Shown: positions 14,050 to 25,930, counted from the stretch's first letter. The stretch: 45,843 bases of DNA from Octopus bimaculoides (GCF_001194135.2 NC_068981.1:192324241-192370083); one strand, 5' to 3'. Numbers and translations are program-made. Notes: generated from the sequence alone by a model not told the origin.

Positions 14050-14575
14050 GTCATATATGTCCATGTCCATGCACACCCCTAACAACCAATCTTCCTAAAA
14101 CCTTCCTCAATCCCTCATCCAAGTTCACTACTCGTTGAATTCCCCTCCCTTCTATTTCCCACTCTCCTTTTGCATCCCTGTGAACCTACCTGCACACAAT
14201 GTATCCCTGTTGAATCTTTTCCCTACAACATATCCTTCTAAAACTGCCTTTTTCTATTTGTATCCACTCACTACATTCTCTCCCCTCCACTTCTCACTCT
14301 CCTTTTACAATCTGACAAACCCACCCACCCATTCAGCCTACCCAATTCTTGGTTCCACTTCACTTATATATATATACACACCACCCTGTAACTCCTTCAC
14401 CATCATCACTCCCCTCTCTCTCCCTGCTTCTCCTTTCTCTCTCTCTCCCCTGCTGAGGTAGCCATGTATCTCCTTTATTGCAAGACACCTATTTCGGTCC
14501 CTCTATTCATACTCTAACTACTCGTCATCTGTTACAAAGCCACCTCCCTTAATACCCCTCAGTTGAGGCATCTTG
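14050..14575 (+). repeat. Pyrimidine-rich dispersed repeat; homolog on minus at ~25235-25745
   Basis: Shared core CCATGTATCT...GCAAG..ACCTAT.TC.GT.CCTCTAT next to a long C/T-rich tract in both places. Confidence 0.5.
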
Positions 14576-14639
14576 TCTTTCAAAATGTTAATCTATTTTT
14601 CAAATGAATGATAATGAGGGGGAGAAAAAATTGTTTGGT

Positions 14640-14830
14640 GTCCGCATTGCTGCTGGTGCCACATAAATGGCACTCACTACACTCTGTAAAGTGGTTGGCA
14701 ATAAGAAGGGCATCCAGCCATAGAAACCATGCCAAAGAAGACATTAGAACCTGGTGCAGTCTTCTGACTTGCCAGTTCCTTGCTAGAAAATGGACATTAA
14801 ATGATGATGAGGAGGAGGAGGAGGAGGAGG
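14640..14830 (+). mobile_element. Degenerate RTE 3' end
   Basis: GCTGGTGCCACATAAATGGCACTCACTACACTCT..GGCATCCAGCCATAGAAACC..ACATTAAATGATGATGAGG. Confidence 0.8.
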
Positions 14831-16249
14831 AGGAGAAAAAGCTGATGATGTGTGTGTGTCAGTGGATGGATGGATGGATGTATAATGTGTATATATAAAA
14901 TATGCTTTTCATTCTCATTTCAATTAAATCTAGGCAAAAAATGAGGGAATGCCCATTGTTCTCTCAGATGATCAAGAATGGTAAGTCTTCCAACCGAAAG
15001 CCTTCAAAGATGTAAGGCCCTCATAGAATTACTCCAGCACTATTTCATCCCAACAAAACCAAATTCAATGTTTCTGGCTACTTATCATTTTATTAGGTAG
15101 AAAAATACTTCTAACTTCTGTACAAGCAATAAATTTGTAAGTAAAGGAAATAATAAATTGAAACAACTCCAGTATACAGCCGACACTTATTTTTATCAAC
15201 TCCAGAAGAATGACAATCGAATAAATTAATCCTAATATATTTGAACTCAGGAAGTGATCAACCCTATCTCTCCCTCACTACCCTACATTTGAAAAATAAT
15301 TTAATATTTTAAAATTTCTTCACATCAAACTTCTAATGAACATTTTCCCCAAAATTCAAACAGTGTTTCAAAATTTAAAAGTAATTCTAAATAAAAACTA
15401 TGCATGTCACAAATTGTACTTAACAACAATTATCAATTCCAATTATAACAAGTTAAAACTAATTATGGATGGCATTGATTAAAATTATTCAATTAAAAAT
15501 GTACCAATTTGGCTTCAATGAAAAAAAGTAAAAAGAGAAGCAAAATAACTGTTTTGCATAAAACCTCAGATATTAGAGGAGACATGCCAGCACAGCTTGT
15601 GTGTCTACAAAGTACACTTCTCAGCCTTGAGGTTTTGGGTTCAGTTCCACTGCACATTGCAGGAAAATCAATGAGCTGCACCTGACAATGCTTGTTAATA
15701 TATAATTAACATTTTGATTGCAGCTCCTACTAGTAATCACCTTAAACATTTCCCCAAAATTAAAACAGTGTTTCAAAATTTAACAATAATTATCAATTCC
15801 AATTATAACAAGTTTATATTTATTTATGCAACTATATACATATGTTGTTAGAGACGAACCTACATCCTATTCAACCTACTCCCACCCTACTTTTGGTCAA
15901 CTTGTATCTCACGGGTATTTATATAAGATTTTGCTTGTTCGTGATTTGTTTTTCAACCTTATCTGAAGACTTGTTCAGTATAATTAAAAGCTCCATAAAT
16001 TCCATTTATAAATTGCATTTATAATATAACATCATCGATTACCAAACATAAAAACATATATAACAGATGAAATAAAGAAAAGCCAAACTCATGTTTCATG
16101 TTTTTCTCTCATTGTGTGTGTGTGTGTATGTATGTGTGTGTGTATGTGTGTGTATGTGTGTGTGAGTATGTGTTTGTGTTTGTGTGTGTGTGTGTACCCC
16201 ATATTAAGCTATATTCATACGTATATGTGTGTGTATCATCATCATTATT

Positions 16250-16700
16250 TTTTAAAGTTTGCTTTTCCATGCTTGCATAGGTTGAACAGAAGCAGTTGAG
16301 GCAATTTTTCTATGGCTGGATGCCCTTCCTGTCACCAATCCCCACGTTTCCAACCAAGGTAGTAATACTTCCCCATTGCCTAACATGTTTTTCTAGAATA
16401 CTGGAAATGAATGATACTGTTTGCATAACATGCAGTGCCAAAACAAGGAGACACAAACATACATACTGACACACACACACACATATATATGATGCATTGG
16501 TCCATGATGGTAAGATCAACATGTGTGTGTATGTGTGCATGCATGCGTGCGTGCGTGTGTGTGCATGACAGTCTTAGTTTAGTCTACCAAATCCACTCTC
16601 AAGGCTTTGGTTAGCTCAGAACTATGGCAGAAAACACCAAAGTGCCATGCAGTAGGACTGAACTTGTGGTTGAGGAAGAATGTTTTTAACCTCACAGTCA
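16250..16700 (-). mobile_element. SINE with RTE-like tail, interrupted by microsatellite
   Basis: RTE-like tail at ~16250-16330 and SINE head (AGTTCAGTCC on minus) at ~16650-16690. Confidence 0.6.
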
Positions 16701-16825
16701 CACTGTGCCTAATAAATATATTTGCATATGAGTATACACATAATATATAATATATATAATGTTGATGTCACTGACACATAGTTATATAGTAGCTTTGTGT
16801 GTATATACACTTCTCTCTTTGGGAT

Positions 16826-17087
16826 TACTGACTGAACAAACCAACCATTTCTGCAGCATTCCTTTCTGTGACCATTCAATCTGTATTATGAAGAATGAAA
16901 AGAATGCAAGACAAACTGTGGTCCCATGAAAAGGATGGTTTTCCTTTTGGATGAGTCAATAAGGAAAATGGCCTTTTTCATGGGATCAGTTTGTTTTACA
17001 TTCTTAAATTGTTTGAGAGTATTCTTCATAAAATAGATTGAATGGTCACTGGAAGAAATGATGCAGAAATGGTTTGTTCAGTCAGTA
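16826..17087. mobile_element. Foldback MITE-like element (imperfect ~260-bp hairpin, TA at both ends)
   Basis: TACTGACTGAACAAACC / GGTTTGTTCAGTCAGTA termini; further inverted blocks GTGACCATTCAATCT/AGATTGAATGGTCAC, ATGAAGAAT/ATTCTTCAT, TCCCATGAAAA/TTTTCATGGGA, TTTTCCTT/AAGGAAAA. Confidence 0.75.
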
Positions 17088-17599
17088 TACATATAATTCC
17101 TTTGAGGAAAGTAGAACTATATACACACAGAGCTAACACACAATTATGTGCCATTGACACCAACATATAACATGGTTTTGCATACAATTAATAGACATCA
17201 AAGTATAAAAACTTCTATGCTTGATAGTATTTTCGAAAAGAAATCTCCTTTGATTAATTCACAGTATTAGCTAATTACATATAAAAGGTGTGACTTTATT
17301 TTTAACTGGCACGTTTTTTTTTTCTTTTCACAATCTGCAAGAATGTGAAAGGTTGGCTGCAATGTGTTATTCAAATAGTAAGAATATTCCATTTTAAACA
17401 GCTTCCATTAATAATTTCTGATAATGCCATTCACACCATTATTAATGCTTGGACAATAAAAGCCAATAGAATGTTTTCTTTCTTTCTTTCATAACATTCT
17501 TTTTGCATATCTTTATTTTATATCTTATTGCAATATATTATCTTTATATCTTGTTATATTACACTGTAATATCACATGATATCTTGCCATAATATAACA

Positions 17600-18850
17600 T
17601 AGTTGTATTGCAGCTGTTCAAGCAAGAAACAAGGGCTACAATACCTAAAGGAACTCAAAGACCTAAAAAATGTGATGTTGTTCACCAAGCAATACAACAC
17701 TTGCAACATCCCTGTCCAAACTGCAAAAGATGACTTCAGGCATTGTGCTGTCAGTCCATCAGCTATCCTACATTCTAAATTGCATCTAAACCCTTTGGCA
17801 TCTTGCCAAAATATTTTCCACCAACTTCTTTCCTTCCAATGATGTTTTGAGTAGTAACTCTCACAAAGAAAGCTTCCACCTTTACTGCCCACTTTACAGT
17901 CATTTCTACACTGCATAAACTTGGTAAATTCACCCACCTCTTGTTTCTTAGATCAATAGCTTCCAATCAGATTGCACTTTTGTGCCATGTGTTCATAGAA
18001 CTCTTTCTGTTTCTCATTCTGTCAACTCTGGCATGCTTCAGGGTTCAGTTTTGTCTTCTACTCTCTTTCTCCTGCACACCAATGACTTACTTGCGATCAC
18101 ATCCAACGATGCCAACACTTACATAAATGACATTACCTGTCATTCACTCACAACATACCCTGCATTGACCTCAGGAACAAAAACTTCAAAAGTATCATCC
18201 AACAGGAATATGTCAGAAGATGCAACTGCTGCTCATATCAAGAAAACATCACCACACCATACCCAACTTAACTATGAGCTCCATACAACTACTGCCCTCA
18301 TAATTTTTCAGAATATTAGACCTCATTACCATCAAAGATCTCTCCTGGTGTAAGCACATCCTTGAAAAAAACAGACTCTTCTTTCCAATGCCAGAAGATA
18401 CTTCAGCCTCAACTATTACTAACATTCTACAGAGCTCAGGTGAAGTTTACAATGGATGTTCTCACATCTCTAAAGGTGCTACTACTGCACACATAGAAAA
18501 GAGTCATCAGACTGACTGATATAAGATCACTCACAAACACACTCCAGCCTCTGAACCCCAAGTGAATTGTTTCCCTTCTCTACCTTTTCCCCAGAGCTGC
18601 CTGAAATCATACCATCTCCACTCAAGCATTTGTGACCCATTCAACTCTCCTTCTCACATCATCTTTGTTGTGTCCAAATCCATCAGGCATCACACTAACC
18701 ATGATATCAAGTCCTTCTTCCTAGGACATATAAGCTCTGGAATTACCTCCCTGCTCATGTCTTGTATGCCTCAGTCTCAATCATCTACAAAGGCCTGCAA
18801 AGGCTATGGCTGCCCCTCTTTCCTCCAAACAAATCAAGTAAAAAAATGTA
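17600..18850 (+). mobile_element. CR1/L2-group LINE remnant (RT C-terminal half, internally deleted)
   Basis: NSGMLQGSVLSSTLFLLHTNDLLAITSNDANTYINDIT is a decayed SGVPQGSVLSPTLF..IND...YADD motif; many stops. Confidence 0.75.
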
Positions 18851-19006
18851 ATATCTCATAGTAATACCATGCAGTAATATCTCACTGTAATATCACACTG
18901 TAATGTCATTCGATAATATCACATTAATAACTGACTATAATATTACTAAGAAATATCACACTGTAAGATCTCACCTGTAATAGTATATGGTAATATCACT
19001 TGCAAT

Positions 19007-19290
19007 ATCATCATCATCATCATCATTATTTAACGTCCATTTTCCAGGCTGGCATGGGTTGGATGGTTTGACTGAGGACTGGCAAGCCAGGAGGCTGCAC
19101 CAGGCTCCAATCTGATCTGGAAAGGTCTCTACAGCTGGATGCCCTTCCTAACCCCAACCACTCCAAGAGTGTAGTGGGTGCTTTTTACATGCCACTGGCA
19201 CGGGAGCCAGTCAGGGGGTACTGGCATCGGCCATGTTCAGATGATGCTTTTTATGTGCCACCGGCACAGGGTGAGTCAGGGGGTACTGGC
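19007..19290 (-). mobile_element. RTE 3' UTR fragment
   Basis: Reverse complement of the shared RTE end with (CAT)n. Confidence 0.85.
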
Positions 19291-19744
19291 ATCAGAGGGG
19301 GGTGTTCTTCTATAGCACAAGACCAGAAGTTTTGGGAAGGGGGATTATGAGTTACATCGATCCTAGTATTCAACTAGTGCCTATTGTATTGACCCCAAAA
19401 GGATAAAAGACAAAGTCAACCTCTGCAGAATTTGAACTCAGAATGTAAAAACAGATGAAACGCCACTAATCATTTTGTCCAGCATGCTAACAATTCTACC
19501 AACTCACTGCTTTATGTCTCATTATCATATCACACAGGATTTTCAATCTATTATATGACTTTCTATTATCATATTAATGTCTCACTGTAATATTATCTGT
19601 AATATTACATGTGATATTACATGTGATATTACTGTGTAATATCACACTATGATATCTCTCTGTAATATCTCACAGCAATATCTCACTTTTATATTTCAAT
19701 GTAATATCACTCATCAGTATCTCATTATAGTATCACACAGGCAG

Positions 19745-20200
19745 TCATGCCTCTCTTCTATAACCAGACACCTGTGCATGTCTTGTCATATTTCAGCCTC
19801 TCTAAAGGGACTTGGGAATTCTCTGTTGACCTTGACAGTAAATATCACTTCCCACTTTTTATGACCAAAAAGTGTTAAAAAAAGGAAGGCAGTAAAGATG
19901 GTAGAGTTGAAAGTTCCCTGGGAAGTAAATATCAAAGATACTTTCCTCAGGAAAGACCGAAAATATTGTGGGATGGTTGAACTCTGTGAAAACACTGGAT
20001 GGGAGGCAGTATGACTTCCTGTAGAGATGGGTTTTCAAAGATTTTTGGAACCTGGGTTCACTTGATGCTCAGGCGTCTCAGACTTGCTGTGAAGGAGACA
20101 AATGATGTTGCAAGAAAACTGTTAGAAGCCACCAACAAAGCAAGTCATTACATCTAGCTCAAGAGAGAGCACAAGTTTTGTAACAAGAACAAACATTGAG
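19745..20200 (+). mobile_element. HERO-like non-LTR retrotransposon remnant (restriction-like endonuclease region)
   Basis: TWEFSVDLDSKYHFP then KAVKMVELKVPWEVNIKDTFLRKDRKYCGMVELCENTGWEAV*LPVEMGFQRF fits the HERO pattern WEMRVDL..QLKFP / IELTVPWEE.....RK..KY..L...C...GW.....PVEVG.RGF; the PD segment is deleted. Confidence 0.75.
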
Positions 20201-20529
20201 GATGGTTGAAATATCTGGCCCTGAGTCACAACATCTGACTCAATAAAATTTGTGCTCTTGTGTGAGATTTTTGTCACCTACATCAGTGAGTGACCCTGGG
20301 TAACTTTGGTGTCACAGTGGAGGGGGTTGAAACACCTGCAGAGCTGTTTCACTGCCTGATAAGACAACAGCACCTTCAGTGCATAAGTATTTAAGTTAAA
20401 CACTCTCTCCTCTGCCTAAATCCCACTTAGTTGAGGATATTGTTGTGTTGTTGTTGTTATCATTATTATTATCGTTATCATCACATTTATTCTTCCTCTT
20501 CTTCTTCTTCTTCTTTGTCTTTCCAGCTG

Positions 20530-20683
20530 CTTGGTGACCTCTGAAGAAAGCACCCAGTACACTCTTTAAAGTGCTTCACATTAGAAAGGATATCCAGCTA
20601 CAAAAACCATGCTAAAACAGACACTAGAGCTTAATGCAGTCCTCCAGTGTAGAGAGTCTCTGACCCCATCAAACTACGCTGGC

Positions 20684-20717
<34 letters not shown>

Positions 20718-20828
20718 CGACGACGACAACGATGCCGATGACAATAATGATGACAGCAATGATGAAAATGATGATGATGGTGAAAACAATGATGACAACA
20801 ATGATGACAATGATGATGATGATGATAT
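20530..20828 (+). mobile_element. RTE 3' end with expanded (GAT/GAC)n tail
   Basis: AAAGCACCCAGTACACTCT..GGATATCCAGCTAC.. then a long trinucleotide tail. Confidence 0.7.
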
Positions 20829-21584
20829 CAATCTGTAATATCACATTGTATTACCAACCTGTAATAGCACACTATGATATCACTTATATCTTATGGCTAT
20901 TTGTCACTGTAATATTTCACTCATACTTTTGTATCTTCCTTTTACAGTATTTGCAATAAAAAATAATAATAAATACAAAATAGATAAATAAATTAACTTT
21001 CCTTAAAAAAAAGTAATTACTCTACATTGTTCAACGGACCTTGGAATATTGACAACAATACTGCAAAAAAGGTAAAAAAATATATATATTTTTACTTGCT
21101 TTGATGATCATATCCTGCCAGATTAATTTAAATTACAGATTACAAACTTCATATCATTTCTATTATTCTCTGTCTGCTCTATTTTTACCAATATGTATAT
21201 ATATTCTTTATTAGTTTTCTCCCATACATATCTCAGTACTTTTACATAAAGAATGAACTGATCACAGATTGCATTATGTCTAGAAAAGGAAACATGAACC
21301 TATCTTCCCTACTTATTACTCATTCCCTTTTTTTGAACCACCTCTCACTTTCTTACAACCTCTACTCGACCACACTTCCTATTGTCCTGTCCCTTTTCAC
21401 TTCATAACCTGAGGGTCTACTCTGTCACCTCATCATCACTATTTTTATTTCTCTCCAGCTTCATGCTGACCACTCCCACCTTTTCTATAATGTGAGTAGT
21501 TGTGTTGCTCCCCTACTGCAAGAACCCTGTTTCATTCTGAACTCTTTTCTCCTACTTCAGCCCAGTGGTTCTCAACCATTTTTT

Positions 21585-21780
21585 ACATATGCAGTGAAAC
21601 ATGGGCCATGAATACTGAAGGTTTGCGTAGACTTGAAAGAAATGAAACTAGTATGATCCTCTGGGTGTGTAATGTCAGTGTGCATATATGACAGAGTGTA
21701 AGCGCCCTGAGAGAAAAGTTGGGCATAAGAAGCATCAAATGTGGTGTGCAAGAGAGACAACTGTGCTGGTATGATTGTGT
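21585..21780 (+). mobile_element. RTE ORF C-terminal fragment
   Basis: SETWAMNTEGLRRLERNETSMILWVCNVSVH matches 30836-30930. Confidence 0.85.
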
Positions 21781-22475
21781 GCGAGATCGAGGTGTGAGAG
21801 AGATGCACAGTGCCTGATATGAAGTCAGAAGTACATAAGAGTGAGTGAGTAAAAGTGGTGAGAGACAAAGAGGGATAACTGCAAAATCTGCAAGGAAAAA
21901 AGAGGATGTGGAGGAGGTATGCAGTGGAAATTAAGGTGTTAAGGGATGATACTGAGAAAGCATGAGACAAAAAAAGTGGTTCAAAGAAGATGAGAGATAG
22001 AGAGATGGAATATATGCTGTTCTGCTCTTGTAATTAAAGCAGCTGAGTGAATATTATTATAGTCAGAAGAGTGATGGGGAGGTGGGTATTAGGAAGATGT
22101 GGATGAGTTGAGAGGGAGAGATTTGTCAGGGACAAATTGAGTACCAAGAGGATATATTCATCCGAATAGAGAACTTTATGATGTGTATGAAAGCAAGTTG
22201 CATTATATATTATATATATATGCATAGATACAAGATATTACTATTAATAAATAATCATAATATAAGTGGCTAGCAAGCATAAAAAACAAAAAGGTAAATT
22301 TATAAATTTATAATTAAGGGTACAGGATAGTACCAGCATTGCTAGAAATAAGAGTCGAAAAATACTCAAATAAGCCACAATATCACTAAAATGTTAAGAT
22401 GTTGATGAAATTGAGGAGCAAGTGAAAATAGCCAACCTACCATTGCAGGGGAAAGATGCAAATGAATTTGCAGAT

Positions 22476-22530
22476 ATAACAATATCACGTGATTTCGAAC
22501 TCTGAGATATACCCCTTTCATCAGAAGATT
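22476..22530 (-). ncRNA. Hammerhead-ribozyme-like motif, left arm (core intact, stem I broken)
   Basis: Minus: CTGATGA(22524-22518)...C-GAAA-TC-ACGT-GAT-A; stem III is the palindrome ATCACGTGAT. Confidence 0.55.
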
Positions 22531-22596
22531 TTGCTGCCTGGGGCTAAACTGACGAAGCATGATAAAGCGGGTTTCAGTTTAGCCCCAGGAAGCAAG

Positions 22597-22652
22597 ATCC
22601 ATTGATGAGACCTAAGAATATATCTCAGAGTTTTGAATCATGTGATATGGTT
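22597..22652 (+). ncRNA. Hammerhead-ribozyme-like motif, right arm (stem I intact, core mutated)
   Basis: CCA-TTGATGA-GACCTAAGAATATATCTCAGAGTTTT-GAA-TC-ATGT-GAT-A-TGG; CCA/TGG stem I. Confidence 0.45.
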
Positions 22653-22829
22653 ATATCTGCAAATTTATTTGTGTTCTTCCCTCTCAATGGTAGGTTGGTT
22701 ATTTATACTCACTACTTGATTTCATCAACATCTTAACATTTTAGTGATATTGTGGCTTATTTGAGTATTTTTCGACTCTTATTTCTAGCAATATTGGTAC
22801 TATCCTGTACCCTTAATTATAAATTTATA

Positions 22830-22920
22830 TCATCATCATCATCATCATCGTTTAACGTCTGCTTTCCATGCTAGCATGGGTTGGACGATTTGACTGAGGA
22901 CTGGTGAAACCGGATGGCAA
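22830..22920 (-). mobile_element. RTE 3' tail inserted at the right edge of the palindrome
   Basis: (CAT)n CGTTTAACGTCTGCTTTCCATGCTAGCATGGGTTGGACGATTTGACTGAGGACTGG. Confidence 0.9.
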
Positions 22921-23824
22921 TATGCAGTCTCAGTTGCTGCTGTATGTTAGTCAAAATACATATTAAAATTGAGAATTATAGAAATATTATTTACAAAGTT
23001 ATTGTATAACAAAATGGGCAATTGCAAATTTTTTGGCATCATTTATTCATCATTACATGTGTTTCATTTACTAATAGGAGTTACACGTTTGACATGTTAG
23101 ATAGACATGTATGGAATTTCTTATTAGAAATTCTTCAGACAGAGAAATAATATGATATAATATATCATTTGTATTATAAAACTTTGTAACTCTAATTANN
23201 NNNNNNNNNNNNNNNNNNNNNNNNNNNNNNNNNNNNNNNNNNNNNNNNNNNNNNNNNNNNNNNNNNNNNNNNNNNNNNNNNNNNNNNNNNNNNNNNNNNN
23301 NNNNNNNNNNNNNNNNNNNNNNNNNNNNNNNNNNNNNNNNNNNNNNNNNNNNNNNNNNNNNNNNNNNNNNNNNNNNNNNNNNNNNNNNNNNNNNNNNNNN
23401 NNNNNNNNNNNNNNNNNNNNNNNNNNNNNNNNNNNNNNNNNNNNNNNNNNNNNNNNNNNNNNNNNNNNNNNNNNNNNNNNNNNNNNNNNNNNNNNNNNNN
23501 NNNNNNNNNNNNNNNNNNNNNNNNNNNNNNNNNNNNNNNNNNNNNNNNNNNNNNNNNNNNNNNNNNNNNNNNNNNNNNNNNNNNNNNNNNNNNNNNNNNN
23601 NNNNNNNNNNNNNNNNNNNNNNNNNNNNNNNNNNNNNNNNNNNNNNNNNNNNNNNNNNNNNNNNNNNNNNNNNNNNNNNNNNNNNNNNNNNNNNNNNNNN
23701 NNNNNNNNNNNNNNNNNNNNNNNNNNNNNNNNNNNNNNNNNNNNNNNNNNNNNNNNNNNNNNNNNNNNNNNNNNNNNNNNNNNNNNNNNNNNNNNNNNNN
23801 NNNNNNNNNNNNNNNNNNNNNNNN

Positions 23825-23874
<50 letters not shown>

Positions 23875-24869
23875 CAGACATATAGATAGATAGATAGACA
23901 GATAGATAGACAGACAGACAGATAGATAGATATGTCTCCATGTCTCTTGGTACTCAGCTTGTGGTTTTACACACAATATCTATAAAGAGAAAACTTTTAT
24001 CTGAGAGAGTCCCACAGCAAGTGCATTTCATGTTCAAGTTTTCAGGTACATGTATAAACTAAATGTACGCAACTTCTTCTGTAGACTTAACCATTCAATA
24101 AAGAAATTGATAAAATAAATTATAAAACTGAAATAAGTACTGTAGTTGATGTGACTGCCTGCAGCTCTTGAAATAAACTTTTAAAAACTGTGAAGTGTTA
24201 GTGTAGGTTTCTGGTAAAAATATTTTAGTAACTAATAGCTTTAACATGCTGCTATGTAAACAAACAGATCATTTGATCATACAGACCATAAATGTGATTG
24301 AGTTAAGTATTGTAAACACTGCTTGCCTGAACAGGACTATAACAATTTCTTTCTTTTTTTTAATACTTGTTTACTACATCAGTCTTGTAAAAATGTCATT
24401 GTCTTTGTAAACAACCAATAAATTTGTCTTCTAATACATCTGTAATATAATCTTTTCATTGTCTTCTACAATCAACAAACATTTTGTTTCTTGAATCTGT
24501 TCTCAATAGAAAAAGAACTGACAAGATGCAGGCAGGTGGAATTTTACAACAGACAGCAACAATCTTTTAGCATCATATATGACCTTTGACATCAATGTCA
24601 GCTGAAATATAATATTATGCAAAACTAGAAACAATGAACTGGTCATTATATATTTGAAATGCAATATGACATATAAATAACTTGAATCATCATGTTTAAC
24701 AAATTTCTTCAAAAGTATGTTTTGGGGCTTTTTTTTTTAGTTTTTGGTTAAGAGGAAGAATACTCATAATATCTTTTGGAATCCCTTCCAGACTATTGAG
24801 ATGGGATGTTCAACTGTAGGGAAAACATGAGCAGAGAGAAGATTACAGCCATTATATGTATATATCTAA

Positions 24870-25100
24870 AAATCTTCATTGGACATCCACTTTCCATGCT
24901 GGCATGAATTGGACGGTTTGACAGGAACTGGCAAGGCCAAGAACCATACTGGGCTCCATTGTCTGCTTGGCATGGTTTCTATAGCTGGATGCCTTTCCTA
25001 ATGCCAACCACTTTACAAAGTATACTGGGTATGTTTTGCATAGCACAAGCACCAGTGTTTTTTAAGAGGCATTATCACCAACAAGATCACGAAGTACCTT
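24870..25100 (-). mobile_element. Degenerate RTE 3' end
   Basis: ACATCCACTTTCCATGCTGGCATG..GCTGGATGCCTTTCCTAATGCCAACCAC. Confidence 0.8.
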
Positions 25101-25747
25101 GCACAGACACTAAATGACAGAATAAAAGGCAAAAAACCCTCAGCTGGGAGGGGTTAGTAATATTCAGTTGCTCAACAACTCAAATGTGAATGTGATATAC
25201 TTCAACTTTGCAAAGGCCTTTGACAAAGTCCCCACCCATCTGGTGGGGGCTTTGTGCCAGTTGAAAGATTAAAGTTATAGAGGAACGGAGATAGGTAACT
25301 TGCTGTAGATACATGGATATTTCAGTTGGAAAGGAAAGGAGAGTGAGTCAGAGAGTAAGATAAGGAGAGCAATAGTGAGAGAGATGAGGGTGAAGGTGGG
25401 TCAAGACATGCCCTTGAAGGATATCAGAGGTGGTGAGGATAGGTGAAGTGATGCAGAGAGATGGACTGAGTGAGTGGAAAGGATAGAGGTGACAATATCA
25501 AATGAGAGAGAGAAACCTAGAAAAGGCTTGGGAGCGCTGGGTGGGGAATGCAGTAGATATGTGAGGGCACTGAGAGTGATAGCAGATAAGTGAGCTGATA
25601 ATGTTGGAGAGCAGCACAGGGGTGAGAAGACACAGAAAGGATGTGATTGGTAGAGACAGTAGATAGCAAAAGATAATGGGGAAATGGAAGTGGTTTGGGA
25701 TGGGGAAGAAAGATAACTTAGAAAGCTGGGGGATGTAGCATGCGCCT

Positions 25748-25877
<130 letters not shown>

Positions 25878-25892
25878 CCATATATGATATAT

Positions 25893-25930
<38 letters not shown>

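Larger units (their letters stand above)
18845..20925. repeat. Old ~13-bp minisatellite (GTAATATCACACT) in three pieces: ~18845-19005, 19530-19740, 20830-20925
   Basis: Recurrent TAATATC(A/T)CA(C)TG units, separated by inserted elements. Confidence 0.7.
22301..22829. repeat. 529-bp long inverted repeat (foldback) with hammerhead-like cores in both arms
   Basis: Arms 22301-22553 and 22574-22829 are reverse complements around a ~20-nt loop; first 111 bp differ at 2 positions. Confidence 0.92.

Noticed and set aside
20320-20380. Permuted hammerhead (GAAAC...CTGATAA) downstream of the HERO remnant
   Set aside because: Core is CTGATAA rather than CTGANGA, and I could not form stem I or a valid cleavage triplet.
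24500-24620. Plus-strand exon after a pyrimidine-rich AG at ~24508 (KELTRCRQVEFYNRQQQSFSIIYDL*)
   Set aside because: Short, no recognisable homology, no supporting partner exons.
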